Below the pieces are notes generated by a model, which saw only the letters and a program-made list of their open reading frames with translations, was not told the origin of the DNA and did not search any database. Source: an uncultured delta proteobacterium (GTDB taxonomy: Bacteria > Desulfobacterota > Desulfomonilia > UBA1062). Taken from it: 64,000 bases of DNA. The position numbers and the translations under genes are program-made. This document shows positions 11,108 to 20,141 of the stretch, in pieces; within the stretch, counting starts at the first letter, position 1, and every line of letters begins with the position of its first letter. The stretch spans positions 704,001 to 768,000 of the forward strand of contig CAWAUM010000001.1 of NCBI GenBank assembly GCA_963785235.1, read 5' to 3'.

Positions 11108-12028
11108 ATGGAAGAAGATACTATCAAGATCATGAATGAACATATTCCCCATTCTCCCTTAGGCTTGGTCAAGGCCAATGGAATCGAAATTGCTTATGAT
11201 ACCTTCGGCAACAAGGATGATGAACCGATCCTACTTATCATGGGATTAAGTTGCCAGATGATCATATGGGAGGACGAATTCTGTTTCAGGCTTGCTGAAA
11301 AAGGTTTTTATGTAATCCGTTTCGACAACCGTGATGTAGGCATGTCCACGAAAATGACCGCATTGGGAATGCCCCATATCCAAGGACTGTTATTAGGAAA
11401 GTTCTCTGTCGGTCCGTATACGATTTCTGACATGGCAAAGGATACGGTCGGTCTGCTCGATGCGCTCCGGATTGAAAAGGCCCATGTTGTCGGGGTATCC
11501 ATGGGGGGTATGATCGGCCAGGAGATTGCCATTTCTTATCCGGAGAGCCTCATGACATTAATATCCATCATGTCCACTACAGGGAGTCCTCTGCTGCCAC
11601 CACCTTCTTCAGAGGTAATCGAGCTGCTCTTCAGGCCTATTCCCACAACCCAGGACACCTTTGTGTCATATTTCAGGGATGTCTGGAGGGTCTTGAGCGG
11701 ACGACGTTTCCCAATGGATGATACCACAGCAGTCAGGCTTGGAAGGGAGACGTATCGAAGGGGGGTTGACCCGGCTGGAAATGCCCGGCAGCTCGCAGCG
11801 ATCATTGTCTCGGGCAGCAGGAAGGAGAGGCTGGCAACAGTGAAGTGCCCCACGCTCGTGATACACGGCACCCAAGATCCGCTGGTATCTGTAGAAGGTG
11901 GTGTAGATACGGCAGAGTCAATACCGAGGGCGGATTTGAAGATCTTCGATGGCATGGGCCACTGGCTTGCACCTGGATTATGGCCCGAGATCATCGGGGC
12001 AATTGCTGGTCATGTGCAGAGATATTGA
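11108..12028 (+). CDS. Alpha/beta hydrolase (esterase)
   Basis: LLIMGL, RFDNRDVGMS, nucleophile elbow GVSMGG, HGTQDPL, GMGH. Confidence 0.9.
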   Translation: MEEDTIKIMNEHIPHSPLGLVKANGIEIAYDTFGNKDDEPILLIMGLSCQMIIWEDEFCFRLAEKGFYVIRFDNRDVGMSTKMTALGMPHIQGLLLGKFSVGPYTISDMAKDTVGLLDALRIEKAHVVGVSMGGMIGQEIAISYPESLMTLISIMSTTGSPLLPPPSSEVIELLFRPIPTTQDTFVSYFRDVWRVLSGRRFPMDDTTAVRLGRETYRRGVDPAGNARQLAAIIVSGSRKERLATVKCPTLVIHGTQDPLVSVEGGVDTAESIPRADLKIFDGMGHWLAPGLWPEIIGAIAGHVQRY

Positions 12029-12056
12029 CCCGGATAAAAGGTATGAGGATAAAACG

Positions 12057-12563
12057 ATGGCTAAGATAAAGAGTACGCTGGATCTGGTCATGGAGAGGAC
12101 TAAGAACCTCGCCCTGAGCCCTGAGGATAGAGATGCCCAGCAGCGAAAGGAATGGGAAGACAAGGCCAGGGGATGGGTTCGGATGCTTATAGATCAGAAT
12201 ATCACCATTGATGGGCTCATGAAAGAGTTTACTGTTGAGTCATCCCGCTACAGCGCATTAGCTGAAATCCTCCATGCTGAGTTAACCCGCCATATTGAGC
12301 CCGATGGGGACAACAGCATAATCCTTAAGGCCCTTACAGAGGTTCTCGGGTTTGAAATGAAGCCGTTTGTCGATTTTATTAATGATAGCCATGCTCAGTA
12401 TGAGCTGTACAGGCAAGAACACCAGGTGCGCCTGTTGTCCGAATTCAAGGCAAAAGGGATCTCAGGCACAGCCCTGGTGCCTAATATGGATAATGATGAG
12501 GTCTGGCTGAACTTTGCAAAAGGCCTCAGGGATGAATTTAAGCAAAAGATCCAGGCTCTCTAA
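12057..12563 (+). CDS. Hypothetical protein
   Basis: SD-like GAGG, ATG at 12057, MAKIKSTLDLVMERTK helical protein; converges on the next gene. Confidence 0.7.
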   Translation: MAKIKSTLDLVMERTKNLALSPEDRDAQQRKEWEDKARGWVRMLIDQNITIDGLMKEFTVESSRYSALAEILHAELTRHIEPDGDNSIILKALTEVLGFEMKPFVDFINDSHAQYELYRQEHQVRLLSEFKAKGISGTALVPNMDNDEVWLNFAKGLRDEFKQKIQAL

Positions 12564-13207
12564 AGATATCTGAACCAGTACTCCTTGATCTGCTTGAAGT
12601 TGTCTTTTACCGCCCTTGCTCCACTGATTACATTGCCATGGCCAGGGAAAAGGTATTGAGCCGGTAAAGATTCCACCTTAAGGATGCTGTCCTTAAGCTG
12701 ACTGCCGCTGCCTCCGGGGAGATCCGTCCGTCCTATGCCCTGCTCGAAGATGAGATCCCCGGTGAAGAGCGCCCCATGCTTGGGCCAGTAAAGGCAGATG
12801 GACCCGGGCGTGTGGCCGGGCGTATCCATGACCTCGAACTGGAGGCTTCCGACTTCCAGCTCCCCTGGTGCTAAAAAGAAATCCGGTTCCGGTACCTTGT
12901 AATACTCCCCTGCCAGTTCCTTGATGTATCGGAACTCGGTAGCTCCCATGGTTAGTTGGCAGGGTTTCTTGAAGAGCTGGGCGGCCTCCATGTGATCGGG
13001 ATGTGCATGGGTAATGATGATGAGGTCAATGGAGGCCGTGTCTATTTTAAGTGATGCTAAACCCTGTTCTACATGGCTGAACAGGTGGCTGTGTCCCGGG
13101 TCGATGAGGATGCGTTTCCCGTCGTCGATGAGGTAGCTGTTGCAGTTGTTCTGCCGGTTATCCTGCCAGATGAATGCATACAATCCTTCAAAGACCTTCC
13201 TGACCAT
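12560..13207 (-). CDS. MBL-fold metallo-hydrolase (glyoxalase II-like)
   Basis: THAHPDH, TPGHTPGS, FTGD, GRTDLPGG, PGHG. Confidence 0.9.
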   Translation of the reverse strand: MVRKVFEGLYAFIWQDNRQNNCNSYLIDDGKRILIDPGHSHLFSHVEQGLASLKIDTASIDLIIITHAHPDHMEAAQLFKKPCQLTMGATEFRYIKELAGEYYKVPEPDFFLAPGELEVGSLQFEVMDTPGHTPGSICLYWPKHGALFTGDLIFEQGIGRTDLPGGSGSQLKDSILKVESLPAQYLFPGHGNVISGARAVKDNFKQIKEYWFRYL

Positions 13208-13280
13208 AGTTTTAAGTCCTTTCTCTTCGCAGTGTGAAAGATGCTAACCCAAAGAAAAGAATTTTATGGGTTGCTCTCCT

Positions 13281-13874
13281 TTAAGATGTTGAATCCTGGG
13301 GTTCTCCCTTCAGGCCGATTGTTTCTGCCACCTCGCGCATGCCCATGATGGTGTCCTCGATGAGCTGGTCTAAGGTAATACCAAGCATTTCCGCTCCTTT
13401 GGTTATAATCGACCGGTTCACCCCAGCGGCGAATGCGCTCGTCTTCCACTTCTTTTTAACCGAGCTCACGGAGAGGTCAAGGACACTCTTGGAAGGCCTT
13501 ACTAATGCACTTGCAGCAACAAGACCTGTGAGTTCATCTATGGTATAGAGCGTCTTCTCAAGATCGGTCAGCGGTTCCACTTCCGAGCAGATACCCCACC
13601 CGTGAGAGGCTACTGCCCGGACATACTCCTCAGGCCAGCCGTTCTCCTCAAGGATCTGCCTGGTCTTGGCGCAGTGCTGCTCCGGGAACTGCTCATAGTC
13701 GAGGTCATGAATCAGGCCGACGATACCCCATTTATCTTCATCCTGCCCTCGTTTCCGGGCGATATAGCGCATAACAGCCTCCACGCAATATGCGTGACTG
13801 CGCAGGTTGTCCGTCTGGTTGTAGGAATGGAGTAGGTCAAGAGCCTCTTTGCGAGTGGGAACATGCTCGGGCAT
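13281..13874 (-). CDS. HD-domain phosphohydrolase
   Basis: H..VEAVMR, GLIHDLDYE, VASHG, DELTGL, FAAGVNR. Confidence 0.85.
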   Translation of the reverse strand: MPEHVPTRKEALDLLHSYNQTDNLRSHAYCVEAVMRYIARKRGQDEDKWGIVGLIHDLDYEQFPEQHCAKTRQILEENGWPEEYVRAVASHGWGICSEVEPLTDLEKTLYTIDELTGLVAASALVRPSKSVLDLSVSSVKKKWKTSAFAAGVNRSIITKGAEMLGITLDQLIEDTIMGMREVAETIGLKGEPQDSTS

Positions 13875-13924
13875 GGTAGGCCTCCTCTCTTGTTTTCGTA
13901 AGAGTATTACTTTTTGCGGGTAAG

Positions 13925-14115
13925 AGGCAACCCCTAGGTTGCTTCTTTTTTAAAATAGCGTCCGTTCAAAGTCTCAATCTTGCAGCCTTCGTGGAACGTT
14001 AATTTTATTGGTCCTTCAAGGCTGCAAGATTGAGACTTTGAACGGATCAGGTTTTTACTCTTCTTCGTTATGACCGTCCCCGGGCATGGGGGTTAAACGC
14101 AAAATCTGGATTTAA
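13925..14115. repeat. Dispersed palindromic element, copy 1 (core hairpin 13961-14046)
   Basis: Perfect 29-bp arms TCCGTTCAAAGTCTCAATCTTGCAGCCTT (13961-13989) / AAGGCTGCAAGATTGAGACTTTGAACGGA (14018-14046); loop contains GTGGAACG..ATTTTAT..GTCCTTC; tail ...AAACGCAAAATCTG. Confidence 0.9.
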
Positions 14116-14335
14116 GAGGGCACTGGGAGCAAACAAGAAATGACAGGATAGATACAATGGGGAGATCCGTCATGAAACATGGAATTCCAAAAAAATGGGA
14201 AAAAATAAGAAATAATTTACATAATAATTGAGAGATCACAGGAGGTTTGGATTGGGGCACATATAGATAATAGCTTAACAATATTATAAAAATAAACAAT
14301 ACTATACTTTGGCACAACTCTTGAATATATTGTTT

Positions 14336-14485
14336 ATTCGCCCTTGAGCGAGGCTGATGCAAGGTATGGCCACCTAAGTATGCTGGGCGAAATGAATTAC
14401 GGTTAACTTAAAGAACCCTTAGGATAGACATATCCTATTCCTCCTCAGGCCGCATCCGGCATAGTGTCGGATGCGGCCTGCTCCC
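14336..14485 (+). ncRNA. Candidate sigma54-dependent small RNA
   Basis: TGGCAC-N5-TTGA at 14310-14324; stem TTCGCCC/GGGCGAA (14337-14391); hairpin AGGATA/TATCCT; TTCCTCCTC tract; 16-bp GC hairpin 14446-14480; no credible ORF. Confidence 0.35.
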
Positions 14486-14517
14486 TCAAATTGCTCATGG
14501 GTGAAGTAACTTCATGT

Positions 14518-15744
14518 CTATTCTATCACCTCAATGCGAAGCCCGAATTTAGACATGGCTTCACATTTATTCGTCAGGATAAGGATAGGATTCTCATACC
14601 GGAACCCGATCTTTTCATCAGGGCATGCATACTGCATTGCACAGATGAGGACTTCATTTTCCTGATAGATATGGTCGGGGTCCGTCCAGTAGGGGAAGGG
14701 CCCTTCACCTGTTCCTATGCGCCATTCATCGCCCAACATCCCAATCCCGTGTTCGAAGCCTGGGACCATGAATTCTGCAAAACCCCTTTCCTCGGCAAAG
14801 GCCATCATCTCTTCTGCTATGGACAAGGGGCTGGCGCCAACCTTATACGCCTTCAATGTCTTGGATACGATGTCGATGAAGTTGTGGGCATGCCAAAGTT
14901 GGCGTTTTGTAGCATGGCCGATAAAATAGTTGTGGGCATGGTCACCCAGGGCCAGCTTGAACATGGCGTGGATGTCCACCATAAGGGGCTCACCCTTTTT
15001 CAGCTTCTTGGTGGTGGCAGGGGTGCATGCACAGCCTGCCATGCCGGTGCGGTAGCCGCATGCGATTTCGTTACCGCCGGTGAAGGACCACTCCCACACA
15101 CTACCTGCCTTGCGCATGGCAAGGGCTGCAATGCCCGCGACCTCGGTTTCGGTCATGCCCTGCCATCCGCCGTTGGAAATAGCCTCTTTGACCGCCTTAT
15201 GGCCTTCATCAACGATGCGCGATGCCTTTCTGAAGCGGTTGATAGTTCCCTCATCCTTAATTACAGAGAGCCTGTCGATAATCGCATGGGCATTTACGAG
15301 TTTTGAGCCTGCAAGCGCATCTTCAAAACCTTCGTACTCGAAGTGTGTCAGGTTTCCCTCGGGCAGGTAGTTGGATACCCCTGTCTCATATCCGATGCGG
15401 CCTTTTTTGCCCTTAAGGATATCCTTTATAAAATCCGCAATGATGGTGATCTGGTCCATGCCGCCCATGGGTGCATAGCCCAGCACATGGTCTTCGTCCA
15501 GCCAGGATTCGTCGATGATCCTGGCTGCATCTATGACAAAGGTAAAGACCGTGGGCAGGCCCTCGGGCGGGATTACCACATAACTCCTCCATGGACAGAA
15601 GGCATCTGATATCCACGAGATGGTCCGTAATCGGGAACCCAGGTATACATCAATCTTTTCTGTTGCCATCTGCTGCTGTATCTGTTCCACCCGTTTGGGA
15701 AAATCGATGTAACAAGGGTCTTTCTTGTTGAATATCTTGGGCAT
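14518..15744 (-). CDS. M24 family (Xaa-Pro peptidase/creatinase-like) hydrolase
   Basis: Creatinase-type N domain; VIKDEGTI..RKA; LMVD..GD, EHGIG, GFRYEN. Confidence 0.85.
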   Translation of the reverse strand: MPKIFNKKDPCYIDFPKRVEQIQQQMATEKIDVYLGSRLRTISWISDAFCPWRSYVVIPPEGLPTVFTFVIDAARIIDESWLDEDHVLGYAPMGGMDQITIIADFIKDILKGKKGRIGYETGVSNYLPEGNLTHFEYEGFEDALAGSKLVNAHAIIDRLSVIKDEGTINRFRKASRIVDEGHKAVKEAISNGGWQGMTETEVAGIAALAMRKAGSVWEWSFTGGNEIACGYRTGMAGCACTPATTKKLKKGEPLMVDIHAMFKLALGDHAHNYFIGHATKRQLWHAHNFIDIVSKTLKAYKVGASPLSIAEEMMAFAEERGFAEFMVPGFEHGIGMLGDEWRIGTGEGPFPYWTDPDHIYQENEVLICAMQYACPDEKIGFRYENPILILTNKCEAMSKFGLRIEVIE

Positions 15745-15759
15745 ATCAGCACCTCCTCA

Positions 15760-16161
15760 TCAGTATTGGGTAGGGATCTTTGCAAGGACCTTGTTGATCC
15801 GGTCGGCGAGTGATGCAAGCTTGAGGGCCTTGACCATGTTACCTTTGAGTTTAAGTTTTCCGCTCATGAGGGCACGCTGGGATGATACCTTTCCCTGGCT
15901 GAGATCTGCAAAGAGAATGTACGGCCCGGTAACCCTGAACTCGGCTATGGGCGGCTCGCCATCGCCCACCAGGACCTGGGCGAACGCACCGTTTTCGGTC
16001 TTGAAGTAGAGGTACTTGTCTTTTCCGCCCGGGCAGCCGACATACACATAGGCCACAGATGTGGTGAGGCTCTTCATCTTATCGGTCGTGATCTCTGCGT
16101 TCAGCCTCTTTTCGACCTCATCGCGCCATTCATGGCTCAGGTAGGCGACAGTCTTCTCCAT
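15760..16161 (-). CDS. SCP2 sterol/lipid-binding domain protein
   Basis: YLSHEW start; C-terminal ALMSGKLKLKGNMVKALKL SCP2 signature. Confidence 0.85.
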   Translation of the reverse strand: MEKTVAYLSHEWRDEVEKRLNAEITTDKMKSLTTSVAYVYVGCPGGKDKYLYFKTENGAFAQVLVGDGEPPIAEFRVTGPYILFADLSQGKVSSQRALMSGKLKLKGNMVKALKLASLADRINKVLAKIPTQY

Positions 16162-16253
16162 AACAATCCTCCTATCATTGATTTACTTAAAATATATTGT
16201 TGGTGTATTGGTGATGGTATAGATGAAATAATGAACAATGAATTCATATATTC

Positions 16254-16281
16254 AGTATAGATAAATCATTGATCATGTCAA
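16254..16281 (-). promoter_or_regulatory. sigma70 promoter for the SCP2-M24 operon
   Basis: Minus strand TTGACA(16281-16276)-N16-TATACT(16259-16254). Confidence 0.55.
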
Positions 16282-16351
16282 TACTCAATCCCTGTAGTTT
16301 CTTTGCTGGACTGTGGGCCTGAATAATACTGGATGACGTGTTAAGCTGCGA

Positions 16352-16490
16352 AAAAAAACTTGGTCCGTTAAAATCCTTCACCAAAGCAGCCATTACGGAA
16401 TGCTCATTTTCCTGGTTCGGTAGGCTGCTTTGGTGAAGGATTTTAATGGATCAGATTTTGCGTTTCATAAACGCAAAATCTGCGGTTATG
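16352..16490. repeat. Dispersed palindromic element, copy 2 (core hairpin 16364-16450)
   Basis: 28-bp arms TCCGTTAAAATCCTTCACCAAAGCAGCC / GGCTGCTTTGGTGAAGGATTTTAATGGA (one G.T); followed by a perfect 14-bp hairpin CAGATTTTGCGTTT-cat-AAACGCAAAATCTG (16452-16482). Confidence 0.9.
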
Positions 16491-16588
16491 GACACATGCA
16501 ATTATAGAATACTGGTTTATACGGGTCCCCATGTGTGAGAGCCTTTAAGGGTTTTCTCTTCTGAAACAAGCAGCCATAACGTGACAGG

Positions 16589-17533
16589 TTAATCAGGCGA
16601 AGGTATCTTCGCATGCTCCTTGAGAAAGGTGACATAATCCACAGCTGCCTCCTTGGGCCTTTCCAGCATGGGCATATGTCCGCAGTCGGGCATGATAACT
16701 GTTTTTGAGTTCGGCAGGTAGCGTTCCAGCACCTGCACCGAAGAGACGTGGGTAATCCGGTCCCGGGAGCCCCAGAGGATAAGCACCGGCAGCCTCAGGT
16801 CGGGCAGCACGCTTGCTACGTCCTTATAGGTGCTCCGGATATCATTCCACATCTTCTGCTTGAAAGGGGCATCAGCAACTGACTTTCTGGCAAGTACCGA
16901 AGGTGCAGGCCAGGGGATGAAAGGTTCTTTGTAGAATGCATATCCCATGAGTTCTGTAAAGGCATCTTCAGAGGTCGGGATAAGAATGTTCTGACCTTTT
17001 TCAATGGCCTTGAGGAGATCGCTTGGCTCAGGTGAGTTGATGCCTGCTGTATCAAAGAGGCCCAGCGTGATGACCCGTTCAGGGTTCCGGTTTGTGTAGA
17101 GTATGCCCACCCAACCGCCCATGGAGTTTCCCGCGATATGGAAACGATCCAGTTTGAGGGCATCTGCAGCATCGGCAAATCCAAGTGTTATGAAGTCGAT
17201 CGTATAGGTCTTGTCATTCTCTCTTGAATTGTCTCCATGTCCCGGCAGGTCAAAGGCAATTACGCGGTATTCCTTGGGAAGAGACCTGGTGAAACGGATC
17301 CAGTTGTCCTTGTTTGCACCGAAACCATGGAGAAGCACAATAGTCTCGCCACTGCCCTGGCGCTCGAGATATGCGATCTTTTGCCCCTGCACGGAAACAT
17401 AGGCTTCATCCATCCCAGAGAGCAAACGTTCTGCAGAGATGCCGGCATCAAATATGGACTCCTGGACCGAAGCGCAGCTGTTAAGGAAGGTTAATAACAG
17501 GATTAAAAACAGGATATAAGTAACTTTTTTCAT
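16589..17533 (-). CDS. Alpha/beta hydrolase (lipase), probable lipoprotein
   Basis: Lipobox LNSC; LLHGFG, DLPGHG, GNSMGG, WGSRD, CGH. Confidence 0.9.
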   Translation of the reverse strand: MKKVTYILFLILLLTFLNSCASVQESIFDAGISAERLLSGMDEAYVSVQGQKIAYLERQGSGETIVLLHGFGANKDNWIRFTRSLPKEYRVIAFDLPGHGDNSRENDKTYTIDFITLGFADAADALKLDRFHIAGNSMGGWVGILYTNRNPERVITLGLFDTAGINSPEPSDLLKAIEKGQNILIPTSEDAFTELMGYAFYKEPFIPWPAPSVLARKSVADAPFKQKMWNDIRSTYKDVASVLPDLRLPVLILWGSRDRITHVSSVQVLERYLPNSKTVIMPDCGHMPMLERPKEAAVDYVTFLKEHAKIPSPD

Positions 17534-17559
17534 AGAAACCCCTTTTTATTTTATGAGCA

Positions 17560-18186
17560 TCACGAGTTCGTTATCACCCATGACAAATATGGCCTGATTT
17601 CCGCAAGAGTAGCCTTCATCTTGTTTCCATAGGAGTGGCCGGGCCAGATGATGGTGTTGTCCGGCAGGTCCATAATCCGGGTAATACTCTTTTTCAGGTG
17701 TGCCATGTTGCCGCCCGGAATGTCTGTCCTGCCTATTCCATCTGCAAAAATCGTATCGCCTGAGATGAGATTTCCTCCCCAGTATAAACAGATAGAGCCG
17801 GGAGAGTGTCCGGGTGTATGGAACACTTCGATATTTGTGTCTCCCAGGATGATCCGCGTATTTTCGGAAAGGGTAAAGGAGATCCTCGGATGGATACGTC
17901 CTGTAAGGAGAAAGGTGAACAGGGTATTGTACAATCTGAGAAACCAAGTGTTTTCTGCCGGATGGGCAAGAGCTGGCGCCATGTCGGCCAGACTCCGATT
18001 CCCCATGGTGTGGTCAGGGTGGATGTGGGTGTTGATGATTGCCTTGATTCTCAATGCATCAAGACCATGCCGACGGGCAATATGGAGTGGGGGATCTATG
18101 ATGAGGCCCTCACCGGCAGCATCATCACGGATGATGTAGCTCAGGAGGTTGAAGCCCTGGGTTGCGATCTGCTCAATAGTGAGCAT
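17560..18186 (-). CDS. MBL-fold metallo-hydrolase
   Basis: THIHPDH, TPGHSPGS, SGD, GRTDIPGG, PGH. Confidence 0.9.
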   Translation of the reverse strand: MLTIEQIATQGFNLLSYIIRDDAAGEGLIIDPPLHIARRHGLDALRIKAIINTHIHPDHTMGNRSLADMAPALAHPAENTWFLRLYNTLFTFLLTGRIHPRISFTLSENTRIILGDTNIEVFHTPGHSPGSICLYWGGNLISGDTIFADGIGRTDIPGGNMAHLKKSITRIMDLPDNTIIWPGHSYGNKMKATLAEIRPYLSWVITNS

Positions 18187-18198
18187 GGTAATCCTTTA

Positions 18199-18714
18199 TT
18201 AGTTCATTTCAGGTCGTGTTGTCCTGATGATCCTGCCGAATACAGGAAGCAGCAGTGTAGCCAATATGACGCTGCCCCCGGCCTGGAGGAGGTTCGCAGG
18301 CACCTCGGCAAGGGCGGCCTTCTGGTCGTACATGAAAACTTCGGTTGCATAATAGCCGAGTACCATCCAGGCAGTTGATGCGATGAAGCATAGAATGATA
18401 AATAGGGTGATCCTCTCAGTGTTGATCTTCAGATACTTTACGCTAAGGCCCATGAGCATCGCCTCGATTCCTTTGATGAACAATGTCCAGGGGGCCCACT
18501 GGTAGTAGCCCCCAAAGATGTCGGCCAGGGCCGATCCGATACCCCCGGCCATGAAGCCCAGGCTGGGCCCGAAAAACAGGCCACTGAGCAGTACCATGCT
18601 GTCGCCCAGGTTCATGTACCCATTGGTCTGGGGTATGGGGATGCGCACGACCATTGTGGCAACGGCCACCAGGGCCATGAAGAGTGCTACCAGGGCGAGT
18701 TGCTTCACGTTCAT
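18199..18714 (-). CDS. ECF transporter S component
   Basis: IPIPQTNGYMNLGD, GGIGSALAD, WAPWTLFIKG; several TM helices. Confidence 0.85.
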   Translation of the reverse strand: MNVKQLALVALFMALVAVATMVVRIPIPQTNGYMNLGDSMVLLSGLFFGPSLGFMAGGIGSALADIFGGYYQWAPWTLFIKGIEAMLMGLSVKYLKINTERITLFIILCFIASTAWMVLGYYATEVFMYDQKAALAEVPANLLQAGGSVILATLLLPVFGRIIRTTRPEMN

Positions 18715-18742
18715 GTCTATCTCCGTAGGCGGATTTTAAAAA

Positions 18743-20140
18743 TTATGTCTGCATGGAGGAAAGGGCCTTTTCAAGCCTGGAAAGAACCGTTTTTTTCCCG
18801 AGGGTCAGCATGATCTCGAACAGGCCTGGAGAAACCGTTTTGCCGGTCAGTGCTATCCTTATGGGCTGCGCGATGGTCTTGAACTTCAGGTTGAATTCCT
18901 CGAGGATGGCTTTAACGGCGTCTTCCATGTGCTCCTTGTCCCACAGGTCAAGCTGCTCGAAACGGCCTTTGATGGCTTTGAATACCGGCTCTATGTCCGG
19001 GGTATAAAATTGTTTCTTGAGATCTTCCATAGGGTCTATGTCCTGGAAGTAGAAGCCACCGAAGTCCGTTATCTCTTCGACGGTCTTGGTGCGGTCCCTC
19101 ACGTCAATGACTACCTTCGTGATGTATTCCTTTTCGGGCAGTTCATACCCTTTTTTCGTTATGAAATCCGCGACGAGCCCGGCAAGCCTCTGTGGATCGC
19201 CGTTTTTGATATAGTGGTGGTTGAGCCACAGGAGTTTTTCAGGATTGAATACGGCAGCAGCCCTTCCCACGTCGTGGATGTCGAAATACTTTTTGAGCTC
19301 ATCAAGGGTGAAGATCTCCTGGTCTCCGTGTGACCATGAAAGCCTTACCAGGTAGTTTACAAGGGCTTCAGGAAGGTACCCCATTTCCTGGTATGCCATG
19401 GCCGATGTAGCGCCGTGCCTCTTGGAAAGTTTGGTCTTGTCAGGTCCCAGAATCATGGGGACATGGGCAAACAGGGGCAGTTCGAACCCTAGGGCCTCAT
19501 AAATCTTCACCTGTCTTGGGGTGTTGTTTACATGGTCATCACCCCGTATGACATGGGTCATGTTCATGGTGGCATCATCTATGACCACGGTGAAATTGTA
19601 GGTCGGCATTTCATCGGAACGGAGCAGGATGAGATCGTCCAATTCGGCGTTGTCCATAGTGATCCTGCCCTTGATCATGTCATCGAAGGAGGTGACACCT
19701 GCATCGGGCATGAGGAAGCGCACCACCCTTCCCGGGCCGGGACCCAACCCTTTGTTTCTGCACGTGCCGTCATATTTGGGCTTTTTCCCTTCTGCAAGGG
19801 CCTGGCTGCGTTTCTTTTCCAGGTTGTCGGGGGTGCACTCGCACCAGTAGGCCTTGCCTTCATCGACGAGCTTCAAGATATAAGACTTGTAGATATCGAG
19901 CCGGTCTGACTGGAAGAAAGGGCCCTCATCCCAGTCAAGGCCGAGCCATTCCATGGATGCCAGGATCTGTTTGGTGTTGTCATCCGTGGAGCGTTCGGCA
20001 TCCGTGTCTTCTATCCGCAGTATGAACTTCCCGCCTGAGTGCCTGGCATGAAGCCACGAGAACAATGCCGTCCTTACTCCACCGATGTGGAGCTGGCCTG
20101 TTGGTGATGGTGCAAACCGAGTTCTTATCTCTTGGGACAT
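18743..20140 (-). CDS. gltX: Glutamate-tRNA ligase
   Basis: RFAPSPTG.LHIGG, LRIEDTD, HVIRGDDH, KLSKR. Confidence 0.97.
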   Translation of the reverse strand: MSQEIRTRFAPSPTGQLHIGGVRTALFSWLHARHSGGKFILRIEDTDAERSTDDNTKQILASMEWLGLDWDEGPFFQSDRLDIYKSYILKLVDEGKAYWCECTPDNLEKKRSQALAEGKKPKYDGTCRNKGLGPGPGRVVRFLMPDAGVTSFDDMIKGRITMDNAELDDLILLRSDEMPTYNFTVVIDDATMNMTHVIRGDDHVNNTPRQVKIYEALGFELPLFAHVPMILGPDKTKLSKRHGATSAMAYQEMGYLPEALVNYLVRLSWSHGDQEIFTLDELKKYFDIHDVGRAAAVFNPEKLLWLNHHYIKNGDPQRLAGLVADFITKKGYELPEKEYITKVVIDVRDRTKTVEEITDFGGFYFQDIDPMEDLKKQFYTPDIEPVFKAIKGRFEQLDLWDKEHMEDAVKAILEEFNLKFKTIAQPIRIALTGKTVSPGLFEIMLTLGKKTVLSRLEKALSSMQT

Positions 20141-20141
20141 A

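Noticed and set aside
14446-14480. Resemblance to enterobacterial REP (GCCGGATGCGGC)
   Set aside because: Single copy in the window, short GC-rich match, no GTAG end; explained as a simple hairpin.
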